In this document: piece after piece, positions 26,701 through 39,789 of the stretch
Layout: every line of letters begins with the position of its first letter
How positions within the stretch are numbered: position 1 is the first letter of the stretch
Source of the DNA: Eledone cirrhosa
Lineage: Eukaryota
Length of the DNA stretch: 64,000 nt
NCBI GenBank assembly: GCA_964016885.1
Contig: OZ024744.1
Location: forward strand, 91,016,001 to 91,080,000
Direction of reading: 5' to 3'
Notes under the pieces: model-generated
What the model saw: only the letters and a program-made list of their open reading frames with translations
The model's database searches: none
Told to the model about the DNA's origin: nothing
Program-made: the position numbers and the translations under genes

Positions 26701-27054
26701 CTGGTGTTTGGAATATAACCTAACAAAGGTTCTTACATGAAATTATGATGCAATGTTTTTTTAGATAAATATAAACACTAACTTTTTTTATGATCATATT
26801 TCTAATGAAATACACTCTATTTTGATTAATTACCGAAGAATTTTCACTACTTGATACTATATATGATATACTAGATTTATTCAATATACAAAATCTCATA
26901 ATGTCATGAAAGGCCATTGACATTATATAAATATAATTGAGCAGTATCTAATAAAAACAAAACACGTTACTAAAGGAACAGAAAAGGAGGAAGAAAAACG
27001 AAAATAAAAAAGGAAAGAAGGATCTAGCATCAAAAGAGAGGGAGACAGACAGTC

Positions 27055-27180
27055 ATCTACTACACCCCAACCAGAGCAATGCCTCAGCCCTGCTCCACGG
27101 ACAAAACAGCAAAAGTGTTACTGTAGAGAAAGCTAGAGATACTTGCTGCAACAGCCACCCCACCTCATGGGGCTCCACTT
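27055..27180 (-). pseudogene. C-terminal remnant of a CRE-like (restriction-like endonuclease, RLE) non-LTR retrotransposon
   Basis: EPHEVGWLLQQVSLA resembles EPRELEWLFQRVSL at 55730-55960. Confidence 0.45.
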
Positions 27181-27313
27181 CATTTTCATTATTATCAATC
27201 ACGAATTTGTCAATTTCAATTTCATCATGGATCAAATTCTTTTTTTTTTTTTTTGATGTTATGAAGAACGATGTAACGGACAGACTGACATCAGTGATTA
27301 CTTGTCAATACAT

Positions 27314-27351
<38 letters not shown>

Positions 27352-27469
27352 TATATCTGTTACATCATTTATTATTTACAAAAAAAAAAATTGTTCGACT
27401 CCACAATAAAGATGAAACTGAAAATGACAACAAAAAATTGAATCAGAAGATGGCGAAATTAAGATTGAT

Positions 27470-27805
27470 CTTCTTCTTTGCCAACTTATTCCTGAGAGGT
27501 TCGTGGAGGAAGAGTCCTCAAACACCCCTTCCAGCAAGTCCTGTCAAAAGCAACCATTTCCAACTGATCCAGCTGAATCCCTAAGCAAGATCAGCCAGCC
27601 TCATAAATGTTATTCAACCATCTTGCTCGGAGTCTCTACCCCTGGGTCTCAGGCTGGTTGGTTTTACCCATAAAATCTGTACAGCGATTCTTTCTTGAGA
27701 CATTCTAACCACATGGCCATAATACTGCAGCTCTGATCTCTCAATTCGGGGAAGTAGTAACTCTACCTGGAGTGACTCTCTGATCTCCAAGTTACACACT
27801 TTATC
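27470..27805 (-). mobile_element. Degenerate RTE-group LINE 3' fragment
   Basis: LQVELLLPRIERSELQYYGHVVRMSQERI...RPRGR. Confidence 0.75.
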
Positions 27806-27892
27806 TATCTTTTGTTTTTGTTTATGAACATTAAATAATAAAACAGTTTGTCAATATCTGTAAATCATAAAAAAATATTTTCCATTCTAAAA

Positions 27893-28080
27893 TAATTGTT
27901 TCTACTTTTGGCACAAGGCCAGCAATTATCACAGTGTATTACTGGTACTTTATTTTATCGACCCCGTAAGGATGAAAGGCAAAGTTAAACCCGGCGGGAT
28001 TTGACTCAGAATGGAAAGGGCCGTAACTCTATGCGGCAAAGCATGGCATCCGACCCTCTACCGATACTGCCAATCCACCG
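27893..28080 (-). mobile_element. tRNA-derived SINE family B, full copy
   Basis: Reverse complement of 26505-26700. Confidence 0.85.
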
Positions 28081-28719
28081 TTCTATTCTGAAATAATACG
28101 ACTGAAATTGATGACAAAATTGAATTAGACGATGATGAAACTGAGGTTAACGATGACAAAATTAAAATTGACAATGATGATATTGAAGTTGATTATGATG
28201 AAACTGATGTGGAAGACTTTAAAATGGGTGATTTTGTTTCTTATAAACCAGAAATCTGTTTACATTAGGCTGGTGGGGTCAAAGAGGTTGAAACAAATGG
28301 CCTTGAATCATACAAGCAGGGGTGGGAGCAGAACACACACACAGATGCACAGACAAAACAATCAGTGGGAGCAGAACACACACACAGATGCACAGACAAA
28401 ACAATCACATTAACAAACAAAATATACACACAAACAACATAAACACCCAGACAAAACACACAAAGCCAATCAACGAAACATTTCATCGTGAGAGAGTGAG
28501 TCAGTCAGACATACAGACAGACATACAGACAGAGACTGAAATGACTGACTGAAGCCAATAAAAGAAGGATTGTTAGAATGATCCATCATATATCAATGTA
28601 TCTCTACAGTCGATACACACACATATATATATATATTTACACGTATATATATAAATTATATATATATACACCAACACACACACATATATGTATATATGAA
28701 TATATATACACACATACAT

Positions 28720-28941
28720 ACATCATCATCATCATCATTTTACGTCCGCTTTTCCATGCTTGCAAGGGTGGGACGGGAACTGATTCTGGCTTGATTTCTA
28801 CAGCTGGATGCCCTTCCTAACACCAACCTCATTTACAGTGAGTGCTGGGTGATTTTTTGCCGTGGCACCTCCACGACCACTTTGCAGTGGAATGATATGG
28901 ACCCCAGTCCCTATCATCTCATTTCTACAGCTGAGTAAACT
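28720..28941 (-). mobile_element. SINE family A, 5'-truncated
   Basis: Matches the 3' two-thirds of 15220-15554. Confidence 0.88.
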
Positions 28942-28993
28942 ACATATATATACACACACATACATAAATTATATATATATACACACACACATG

Positions 28994-29067
<74 letters not shown>

Positions 29068-29072
<5 letters not shown>

Positions 29073-29480
29073 TGGCTGCCAACTCGTTTTCGAGTACGGC
29101 CACTACTTTATATCCATGTAGGAGAACCCCTACAGATGTGCTAAACGAGTGTGACTTTTTAGTCCAGCCAGCGACTTGAAAACTCTGGTACAAACACTAC
29201 ACTTGTGACAATTATTGACACATAGTGCTGGGCACATGGTACCATGTGACGACAAGTGCAGAGAGATCTCCAGATATAAAGCAATGCCTGTGCCGTGAAG
29301 CTTTTATAGTGAGCAAAGGCACTGCACAAAGCCAGTCCCACTCTCTTAACCAAGATGATATTTACCAAAAAGAAGAACAAGTTAACATCATTGGATACCA
29401 TCAGGGTTGCAGGTGTTATATCAGAGTTTTCCTTCTCCTAGAATTCTGCCTTGACAAAGGCTAAGGGGTCATCTCTCCCG
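29068..29480 (-). mobile_element. Short non-coding element of about 410 bp, probably a bipartite non-autonomous RTE
   Basis: Near-identical to 35355-35770(+). Contains ctaggagaaggaaaactctga (RTE 5' UTR-like) and ends in the stem-loop actcg-aaaa-cgagt followed by ggcagccacc. Confidence 0.7.
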
Positions 29481-29502
29481 GTATATATATATATATACAC
29501 GC

Positions 29503-29552
<50 letters not shown>

Positions 29553-29556
<4 letters not shown>

Positions 29557-31878
29557 CGGGGAGAAGTGTGTACTTAACGATGATGGCATACTTGCCATCA
29601 CCGACGCTGATAAGAAGGTAGCTTGGAAGTGTCACTACGAAAGGCTTCTAAATGAGGAGAATAAATGGGAGAAAGACAGTCTCCCCCACATCGACCCAAT
29701 AGAGGGACCAGCAGTGTTAGTCGAGGGCAGTACAATAAGTAAGGCAATCAAAGATATGAAGACGGGTAAGGCGGCTGGGCCTTCGGAAATAGTTGCTGAG
29801 ATGCTGAAGGCATCTGGTTCGGTGGGACACACCATGGTCACCCGGATAGTTAACCAAGTCGTACAGAATGGGGTTGTTCCGAAGGACTGGCGTAGTAGCA
29901 TCATCGTTAACTGCTATAAGGGAAAAGGAGATGCCCTAGATAAGAGTAACTATAGAGGCATTAAATTAATCGACCAGGTCATGAAGGTCACGGAAAAAGT
30001 AATAGCGCAACTAATCAGAGAGAGAATTGATCTAGATGAAATGCAGTTCGGGTTTGTGTCAGGCAAAAGTACCACATACGCTCTTTTCATTGTACGACAA
30101 CTACAGGAGAAGTACCTAGCTAAAAGTAAACCCCTATACTTAGCTTTTGTCGACTTGGAGAAAGCCTTCGACAGAGTCCTCCGTTCCATTATCTGGTGGG
30201 CTCTTAGAAAACTAGGTGTTGATGAATGGCTTGTGGGAGCTATACAAGCCATGTATAAAGAAACAGTCAGTAAGGTTAGAATTAACAACGAATATAGTGA
30301 AGAGTTTAGCGTAAAAGTTGGTGTCCATCAGGGCTCTGTTCTTAGCCCCCTACTATTTATTATTGCCCTTCAGGCTATAACAGAGGAGTTCAAGACCGGC
30401 TGCCCATGGGAACTCCTATACGCAGATGATCTAACGCTCATAGCTGAATCAATGGCTGAACTAGAGAAGAAATTCCAGACATGGAAGCACGGCCTAGAAT
30501 CAAAAGGCCTTAAAATTAACCTGGCTAAGACTAAAGTTCTAGTTTGTAGGAAAGAAAATAAGGCGGCGGTCCCTTCCGGGAAATGGCCATGCTCAGTGTG
30601 TAGGAAAGGCGTAGGTAGAAACTCCATTTTATGTCCCCAATGCAAAGTATGGGTGCATAAAAGATGTAGTGGGATCACAGGTAAGCTAACTAAGAACATA
30701 GATTTTACATGTGGCCGGTGCTCTGGTGCAATAAGTAGCAGCATGTGCCCACCAAATACTAGCTCTTTCAATTGCGCAGAGGGTTCTATAGAAATAGTGG
30801 ACAGCTTCCGTTACCTGGGTGACAAAATCAGCAGTGGGGGAGGGTGCTCTGAAAGTACAGTAGCTAGAGTCAGAACTGGATGGAAAAAGTTCAGAGAGCT
30901 TATACCACTATTAGCCGCTAGAGGGTTCTCCCTAAAAATGAAAGGCAGGTTATACGATGCCTGCATACGAACAGCAATGCTGCATGACAGTGAGACCTGG
31001 GCATTGTGTGCAGAGGATATACGCAGACTAGAGAGGAACGAAGCTTGCATGCTCTGCTGGATGTGCAATAGTAATATACGTGAATGGCTAAGCATAAACG
31101 AACTAAGGAAGAAATTAGAAATAAGAGGGATCAGATGTTTACTCGAGAGAAGGCTACGTTGGTACGGTCACGTGATGCGCATGAAAGACGACAGCTGTAT
31201 AACAAAGTGCAGGGCAATAAAGATAGACGGTAGCCACGGAGTAGGCAGACCCAGAAAAACCTGGGACAACATGATAAATTCCGACCTCACACGCTTACAC
31301 CTCTCCAAGACAATGTCACTGAACCGAGACCTTTGGCGGTACTCAGTAATAGAGAAGACCCGCCTTACCTAAATACAAAGTAAAAACCTACTACAGTCAG
31401 TAGGCATCTCTATCAAAACACCCCCCCGTCCCACCACCTCCACCCCATCCACACCGCCCCTTTCAATGTAAAGTTATGTTGGTCCCACAACATCCAGGCC
31501 GAAACAAATGAGATTGTGTAGGTGTCACGACAAAAAAAAACACACAGTCCACGCTGTAAATGTGGCCGTGTAGGCAACACGGTAAAAACCTCCCAGCCCC
31601 ACACTGTAAATGTGGTTGGTGTTAGGAAGGGCATCCAGCTGTAGAAAACCCGCCAGACAGTCCACGCTGTAATGTGGCCGTGTAGGCAACACGGTAAAAA
31701 CCTCCCAGCCCCACACTGTAAATGTGGTTGGTGTTAGGAAGGGCATCCAACTGTAGAAAACCTGCCAGACAGTCCTATGCGAGCAAGACAACCACTCTTG
31801 CCTCAAGTGGGAAAACCCCCGTCCAAACCCATGCAAGCGTGGAACACGGACGCTAAACCTGATGATGATGATGATGAT
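29553..31878 (+). mobile_element. RTE LINE, 5'-truncated, with a tandem duplication of about 119 bp in the 3' UTR and a (GAT)n tail
   Basis: ORF plus 3' UTR; cagtccacgctgta..tgtagaaaacc occurs twice (about 31545-31655 and 31658-31770). Confidence 0.9.
29555..31372 (+). CDS. RTE-clade LINE ORF (5'-truncated): RT plus PHD-like Cys/His finger
   Basis: The frame extends upstream of the ORF-track start at 29714. Motifs are NYRGIKL, QFGF, FVDLEKAFDRV, GVHQGSVLSP, LLYADDL, CxxC..CxxC..HxxC..CxxC and RLRWYGHVMRM. Confidence 0.9.
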
Positions 31879-32471
31879 ATACACACATACATTTATATAT
31901 TTACACAGACATATATACATATATAAACACATACATACATATATATATATACAGACATAGATACATACATATATACACATACATATATACATATATACAC
32001 ATACATATATATATATATATATACACATACATACATACATATATACACATACATATATATATACACTTACATATATATATATATATATACATGCTAGCGT
32101 GGAAGAACGGACGTAAAACGATGATGATGATGATACATACATAGGTATATATATATATATATATACACACACACATATATATACACACAGACATACATAC
32201 ATATATATATATATAGAGAGAGAGGGGGGGAACAGAGAGTGAGCATGCACCCTGTTTCATGTATGGAATTCCTGAATGAGGAACAAAGATGAAAGGGAAA
32301 ATGAAAGAGTGGGAGAAGGTAGGGGGAAGGCGGGGGGGGGGGGGTGAAAGTAGGAGGAGGGTGAAAGCACAAGGAGTAATTTGTGGGTAACAATAGACTT
32401 GTCATTCTTTTTTCTCTTCTTCAGTTATGAGGAAATTCATCTTTACACTTACATGTATATACATATATATA

Positions 32472-33325
32472 TCATCATCATCATCATCATCTTCGTTTAA
32501 CGTCCATTTTCCATGCTAGCATGGGTTAGACGGGAGTTGTCCCACTTGAGGCAAGGTTGGTCGGGTGACCATGTCTCGCTCATACAGGACTATCTGGCAG
32601 GTTTTCTACGGCTGGATGCCCTTCTTAGCACCAACCACATTTACAGTGTGGAACTGGGAACTTTTTACCGTGTTACCTACATGGCTACATTACAGCGTGG
32701 ACTGTGTGTTTTTTTTCTCATGACACCTACACGATCTCGATCTCATTATCTCATTTATATGGACTGGATGTTGTGGTACCAACTTTACAGAGAGAGGGTG
32801 GTGTTGGTGGGAGTGGGAGGATAGGTAGTGGATTGGGGTGTATATTTGGTTAAGAGGTGCCTACTGACTGTAGGTTTCGCTTTGTACATAGGCACTGTAT
32901 TACTGCGTAGCGCCAAAGATCTTGGTCCAGTGACATTGTCTTAGAGAGGTACAAATGTATAAGGTCGGAATTTATCAGATTGTCCCAGGTTTTTCTGGGT
33001 CTACCTACTCCGTAACATCCATCAATTTTGATCGCCCTGCACTTTTTTATACAGCTGTCGTCTTTCATGCGCATCACGTGACCATACCAACGTAGTTTTC
33101 TCTCAAGTAAACAGCATCTGATCCCTCTTATTCCTAATTTCTCACTTAGTTCATTTATGCTTTGCCGTTTACTTATATTACTATTACACATCCAAGTCTC
33201 ACTGCCATGTAACATTGCTGTTCTATATATATATAGAACAGCAATGTTACATGGCAGTGAGACTTGGGCATTGTGTGCAAAGGACCTGCGTAGACTGGAA
33301 AGGAACAAAGCTTGCATGCTCCGTT
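32472..33325 (-). mobile_element. RTE LINE 3' fragment with a 5' inversion and overlapping palindrome
   Basis: 32472-33215 is the RTE 3' end on minus and 33232-33325 is on plus. The junction is the palindrome 33192-33267. Confidence 0.85.
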
Positions 33326-33714
33326 ATATATATATATATATATATAACGAAGGAAATGTGGTAAGGAACCAGATGGACCATCTGGTAAAGGAATAGTAAC
33401 CAGAAATTGTTTTTTTATATTTTTAACATTCTTATTATTCTTCTATATATTTACTCCATATTGATTTACTTATTGTTTCGACTTCCTCCCCCTCCCCCTT
33501 CCTAGTATACTTTCTTGACCTCCTGCCCTTAGGATCCTGCTGTAGTTGGCATTATCAACGCACGACTGGGTTTCCTCCACTCCCTCTCCCTCTTTCTTCT
33601 ACTGGCAAGTTCAGCTACCCCTTCCTTCCACAAATTGCCATGATAGAATTATGTGTCTCAACAACAAACCTTTGACCAATCCTTGTGACAATAACTTTTA
33701 CCATATATGGAATT

Positions 33715-33810
33715 ACCCCCTGAAAAGCTCGGCTATTCATGTACCAGGATAAAAATGTTCATTTAGTCCAGAATTAGCCGTCGAAACGGCTTGAGCTCAG
33801 CTGTCGGGGT
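33715..33810 (+). ncRNA. Type I hammerhead ribozyme motif with extended stem II and GUC cleavage site (G8 to A variant)
   Basis: acccc CTGAAAA gctcggcta...tagccgtc GAAA cggct-tgagctc-agctg TC ggggt. Stem I is acccc/ggggt and stem III is 5 bp. Confidence 0.65.
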
Positions 33811-34244
33811 CCTACTCGTTCCTATATATATATATATATACACACAGCATACACTGCATATATGTATGTGCGTGTGTTCGTGTGTGTGTTGAGTGCATGT
33901 GTGTATGTGTGTAATAAGCCTAGCACTTATTTTATCAATCCTTTCTTTTTCAGTCAAACCAGGTCAGACACAGACACAGACACAGACGGAGACAAACACA
34001 CACACACACATTGGTTATGGAGCAGAAGTGAGGTGATTAGGTGGAAGCCAGGAAAAGAAGATGAGCAGTGATTTGGTCACTATTGCTGACCAACCATCAA
34101 GAGAGTGGTGGGGTGGGGTGTTACGAATTGCTCAATGAACATTAGACACCACCTGATGACATCAACTCTTTCTGGCCAAAACTATTATATTCACCAAAGG
34201 TAAACGACTATGAGGCATATTCTATAAGATGTAATTGATTATCC

Positions 34245-35200
34245 TTACATTCTTCAGCAGAGATTTATCTGCTTGACCAGAGATTTATCCTTACTAGCTT
34301 GAGCAGAGATTTATCCTTACATTCTTCAGCAGAGAAATATCCTTACATGCTTGAGCAGAGATTTATCGTTACTAGTTTGAGTAGAGAAGTATCTTTACTA
34401 GCTGGAGCAGAGATTTATCCTTATTAGCTTGAACAGAGAAATATTCTTACTAGCTTAATCAGAGATTTATCCTTACAAGCTTGAGCAGAGAAGTATCATT
34501 ACTGATTTGAGCAGAAAAGTATCATTACTGATTTGAGCAGAAAAGTATCATTACTGACTTGAGCAGAGAACTATAATTACTGACTTGAGCAGAGATATAT
34601 CCTTATTATTTTGAGCAAAGAAGTATCATTACAAACTTGAACAAGAGAGGTATCCTTACTGGCTTGAGCAGAGAAATATCCTTACTAACTTGAACAGAGA
34701 TTTATCCTTACTAGCTTGAGCAGAGGAGTATCCTTACTAGCTTGAGCAGAGATTTATTCTTACTAGCTTCAACAGAGAAATATCGTTACTAGTTTGAGCA
34801 GAGAAATATCCTTACAAGCTTGAGAAAGAGAGGTATGTATCCTTATTACCTTGAGCAGAGATATATCCTTACTAGCTTGAGCATAGAAATATCCTTACTA
34901 GTTTGAGCAGAGAAGTATCCTTACTAGCTTGAGGAGAGATTTATCCTTACTAGCTTGAGTAGAGAAATATCCTTACAAGCTTGAGAAAGAGAGGTATATA
35001 TCCTTACTTGCTTGAGCAGAGAAATATCCTTACAAGCTTGAGAAAGAGAGGTATATATCCTTACTTGCTTGAGCAGAGAAATATCCTTACTAGCTTGAGA
35101 AAGAGAAGCATCCTTACTAGCTTGAGCAGAGAGGTATCATTACAAGCTTGAGCAAGAGAGGTATCCTTACAAGCTTCAGCAGAGAAGTATCTTTACAAGT
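34245..35200. repeat. 26-bp minisatellite (gagcagagatttatccttactagctt), about 36 units
   Basis: Contiguous head-to-tail imperfect copies with no spacers. Confidence 0.95.
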
Positions 35201-35354
35201 ACCAGTAATGCACTGGGATTGATTTAATCAATTTTCCCCTTCCCCAAATTGTTTGCTTTGTAACCTAAATAAGAAACCATCATGTATGTACACATGTATG
35301 TTTTATGTGTGTGTATGTATATGTATATATCATGAGTCAATGGCCATCCAAAAT

Positions 35355-35770
35355 CACCGGGAGAGATGACCCCTTAGCCTTTGTCAAGGCAGAATTCTAG
35401 AAGAAGGAAAACTCTGATATAACATCTGCAACCCTGATGGTATCCAATGATGTTGACTTGTTCTTCTTTTTGGTAAATATCATCTTGGTGAATAGAGTGT
35501 GACTGGCTTTGTGCAGTGCCTTTGCTCACTATAAAAGCTTCACGGCACAGGCATTGCTTTATATCTGGAGATCTCTCTGCACTTGTCGTCACATGGTACC
35601 ATGGGCCCAGCACTATGTGTCAATAATTGTCACAAGTGTAGTGTTTGTACCAGAGTTTTCAAGTCGCTGGCTGGACTAAAAAGTCACACTCGTTCAGCGC
35701 ATCGGTAGGAGGTTCTCCTACATGGATATAAAGTAGTGGCCGTACTCGAAAACGAGTTGGCAGCCACCAT
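35355..35770 (+). mobile_element. Bipartite RTE-derived non-autonomous element (second copy)
   Basis: Reverse complement of 29068-29480. Confidence 0.7.
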
Positions 35771-36099
35771 GTGTTTATGTATGTATGGACCAGTAACTCC
35801 TCCTTGTGGAATCACAAGGGCACCATACTGAATATGGTGTGTCTTGAGAATTTTAAACTTGACAGAGCCCATCATTTCTCTAAGTCTTAACACATCAAAT
35901 ATCTTCTAGATAAAGAGGGAATGTGATAGAAAGATATATAGAAGTGAGAAATTCTATCTGAAATTCTAATCATTCTGTCAATTCACCCAGCTATCTTTTA
36001 TCATATCTGTATCAGGACTGATCTTGGTCAAACAACAACACTACCACAATTATCATCATCAAAACCATCACCACCACTAATCAGACAAAACCACACAGA

Positions 36100-37210
36100 T
36101 GTACTCACACACGGACACACGTACTCATAAAAAACAAACACACACTGACACACACAAACACACATAGGCTCATAAAAACACAAACACATACACTAACATG
36201 CACATACAAACACCTACACACACACAGACTCATAAAAAAACAAACACACACTGACACACACATAGAGGCAAAAACATGCCCATACACACACTCACAAACA
36301 TACAAACACACACATACAGGCAAAAACATGCACATACACACATAGACTCACAGACTCATAAACACACACACAAACAGGCAAAAAGATGCACATTACACAC
36401 ACCCACACTCACGCAGACTCATAAACACACACATACACACAAACAGGCAAAAACATGCACATACACACAAACACAACAATACATACACAACAATACATAC
36501 ACAAACACAACAATACATACACAAACACAACAATACACACAAACACAACAATACATACAAACACAATACACACAAACACAACAATACATACAAACACAAC
36601 AATACATACACAAACACAACAATACATACATCAGATTATTTGTCAGTCAAGGAGAAATGTAATTTGAGTATTTGGTATAAAAACATGGCGGTGTGTTCAA
36701 GGTTTGTTATTGACAACAGAAAATTGGACAGAAAAGGAATTAGGAAACACATCTGTGTAGTAGTAATAGTAGTGGTGGTGGTGGTGATGGCCATAGTAGA
36801 TGTAGTAGTATTGTGTGTAGTGTGTGTGAGAGTAGTGTATGTGTGTGTAGTTTGTGTGTGAGTGTGTGTAGTTTGTGTGTGAGTGTGAATAGTGTGTGTG
36901 TGTGTGCATGTGAGTAGTGTGTGTGTGTGAGTGTGTGTGAGTGAGTGTGTGTAGTGTGAGTGAGTGTGTGTGTATGTGTCTATATGTGTCTGAGTATGTG
37001 TGTGTGTCTATGTGTCTGTGTATGTGTGTGTGTGCATATGAGTAGTGTGTGAGTGAGTGTGTGTAGTGTGTGTCTATATGTGTCTGAGTATGTGTGTGTG
37101 TCTATGTGTCTGTGTATGTGTGTGTGCATGTGAGTAGTGTGTGAGTGAGTGTGTGTAGTAGGTGTGTATATGTGTGTGTGTGTATCTGTGTGTAATGTGT
37201 ATGTGTATAT
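36100..37210. repeat. (CA)n/(TG)n-derived microsatellite complex
   Basis: Direct inspection. Confidence 0.88.
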
Positions 37211-37384
37211 ATACAAAAAGGAAGTGGTGGACAAACAACATAGCTGAGTGGACAGGAAAGAACTTTGCCATAACCCAAGTACTCTCCCATGACTGTCAGA
37301 ATTGGAAGCAGTTGGTACAGCATTCAACACCACAGTGTCCCAACGACCCCAAAAAAGGGTTCAGGGACCATAATGATGATGAAT

Positions 37385-37697
37385 ATATTGAGAGAGAAAC
37401 TGGGTATAAAAGGGATAAGTTGTCGTGTAGCGGGAGAGAAGACTGCATTGTTATGGACATGTGATGCGCATGGAGGATGACCGCTGGGTAAAGAAGTGCC
37501 AAGAAATCCCGGTGGAAGGAAGACGCAGTAGAGGAAGACCACGAAAATGATGGGCGGAAGTGGTGAGAGCAGACCTCAGATCGCTGAAGCTCACAGAAGA
37601 GATAATGAAGGACCATGATGAATGGAGAGATGCTGTGCTGAATAGGACCAGTTCCACCCTTGCAAGCAGGCAAAAGCGGATGTATGATGATGATGAT
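37385..37697 (+). mobile_element. RTE LINE 3' fragment
   Basis: Similar to the reverse complement of 25165-25460; (GAT)n tail. Confidence 0.82.
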
Positions 37698-38084
37698 ATA
37701 TATATATATCAGTTAGAAACTAGTTAGACCATTACTCACCAGAGTACTCAATACTTGGGGTAGTAGAGTATGGCTATATACATATATTCATTTATTAAGG
37801 CTAATTAGTGAGTCTTACTATTCTGGATTTTCGCCTTTTTATCACAGGGTCATCAGACAAGAACATATGGAGATACCACAGTTAAAAAAAGTACTCAAAA
37901 CATTGATAGAGTATAGGCATCTTTATCATATATATAGAAATGACTTCTACAAGACTAGAACTGTTTCATTGTAAAGAATCATTAGGAAAGTGCATAATAA
38001 AATGAAAATATACCTATATTCTACTATCATACTGAGTATCTTTTTTTGACAGTGGTTGCCTCCTAATTTACATCGGGATCCTAC

Positions 38085-38132
<48 letters not shown>

Positions 38133-39215
38133 CAGGGTGTGGACAATATTTGTTCGCAATTTTCAACTGCTAATTTTATGCAAATTTTTTTTACTTCCGT
38201 TGTCACTCTTGTCTTCATAAAAACAGTGACTATATTTCCATTATTTATTTTCAGAATAATTGATTATGAATAATTTTGAACCTCCAAATTTGTGGAAGAG
38301 ACACGGAGTTCTTCTTGAAATCCGCGCCGGGAGGACAAATAAGGAAATTTCAGACTTTCTCAGCGTCAGCAGGAGAATGGTGGAAAAGGTCAGAAAGGAA
38401 TTGGAAGATTCAGGATTCGACTACGAAGCAACATCAGAGAGGAAAACACATGATCGACAATCTGACGCCTTCAGAACGCCCGAGTTCGTCGCTGAAGTTC
38501 AGGATATCATCAACAATGAACCTAGCAAGTCGATGCGTGCCATTGCAAGGGAGAAGATCAACACCCAGAACAACAGGTGGCTCGCTGTCTCATCCAAAGA
38601 CGTGCCCAGAGTCATGCAGACAAAGTTTCTAGCGACAACATTGGTCTTAGGTGTCGTCAGCAGTCAAGGTGACGTCATGCCACCTCACTTCTTCCCTGAG
38701 GGCCTCAAGCTGAATACCGATGGCTACATCCGCGTTCTGAGCGAGGTAGTAAAGCCCTGGATCGACCAGGTAGCTGCAGGTAGGCTGTACGTGTGGCAGC
38801 AAGACTCAGCGTCCTGCCATACCAGCCGAAAGACCCAAGCCTGGCTGTCAGAGAACTTCGTCGACCTCACTTCACCTGACATCTGGCCTCGCAGCTCACC
38901 TGACTGCAACCCCCTCAACTTCTTTGTGTGGGGCACAATGGAACAAGACACCAACAGATCTAGCTGCAATATGAAAGACGATCTGAAGGCCAGGACACAA
39001 GTGCCTTTAGGAGCCTAAGTCGGGGACAGTGACGAAGGCTTGTGGCCGCCTTGAGGCCGTCATCAAAGCCAATGGCGGGTTTATCGAGTGAGATCAAAAG
39101 AACAAGTCATGAAGACAAACTGACCCAAGTTTAATAAATATATCTTAAAAAATAAAACTACTGTGTTATTTTTTCCTAGACAGTAATCTTGCAAAGAAAT
39201 ATCATCCGCACCCTG
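38133..39215 (+). mobile_element. Tc1/mariner superfamily maT (DD37D) transposon, internally deleted
   Basis: TA-flanked imperfect terminal inverted repeats (TIRs) of about 27 bp: cagggtgtggacaatatttgttcgcaa and ttgcaaagaaatatcatccgcaccctg. Confidence 0.9.
38260..39018 (+). pseudogene. maT/DD37D transposase, defective
   Basis: HTH-type N-terminus, then WQQD, exactly 37 residues and SPDCNPL-N (third Asp changed to Asn). The region carrying the first Asp is deleted in frame between RAIAR and EKINTQN. Confidence 0.85.
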
Positions 39216-39233
39216 TATATATATATATATATA

Positions 39234-39373
39234 TAGAAGTGGTTACACAACAGTTAGTTCACCATACCGAGAACAATTGTTTCACCTTAGCAGATCCTCA
39301 GCTCGTAAAGGATCCGCTAAGGTGAAACAATTGTTCTCGGTATGGTGAACTAACTGTTGTGTAACCACTTCTA
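39234..39373. repeat. Fold-back inverted repeat (arms about 65 bp) containing a minimal hammerhead on minus (39268-39305)
   Basis: The arms are near-perfect. Minus strand reads cgag CTGAGGA tctgctaaggt GAAA c-aatt-g TT ctcg. Confidence 0.8.
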
Positions 39374-39509
39374 CCTAACTCGTCCCATGGACTTAGTGCA
39401 CTACCACTACGGATATTACCTTCCAGTGTTCTACGTCTATATATATATATATATATATACAGACAGAATATACAGAGTGACCCAAACAAATGTATACACA
39501 CTTTGATTA

Positions 39510-39562
<53 letters not shown>

Positions 39563-39789
39563 GGGGTGTTAACAACAGAAAAATTGGCCAGAAGATTAAT
39601 TTGAAAACACTGCAGTGTTATGTCTTGTAGTATATGTGTGTGTGGAGAGAGAGAGAGAGAGAGAGAGGGGGTGGTAGAGGGAGGGGGGGGGGGTTAGATA
39701 GGTGGTTTTTGCAGCAGTTGCATTTTAAATGAGTGTTGAGTTGGCATGACATGACAAAGACCAAGAATTAAAATAAATACACATAAATC

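Noticed and set aside
28100-28265. Acidic peptide frame (TEIDDKIELDDDETEVNDD...)
   Set aside because: It is short, looks like a decayed GAT/GAA repeat with similar pieces at 27180-27240 and 27410-27460, and has no splice or domain support.
34150-34190. CTGATGA hammerhead candidate
   Set aside because: There is no stem II or GAAA with flanking helices.
34245-35200. CRISPR-like regular 26-bp repeats
   Set aside because: The units are contiguous with no unique spacers, there are no cas genes, and the context is eukaryotic.
35760-35772. Perfect Kozak GCCACCATG
   Set aside because: It is the 3' terminus of a repeated element followed by a microsatellite. The other copies read CCATAT or TCATAT, and no ORF follows.
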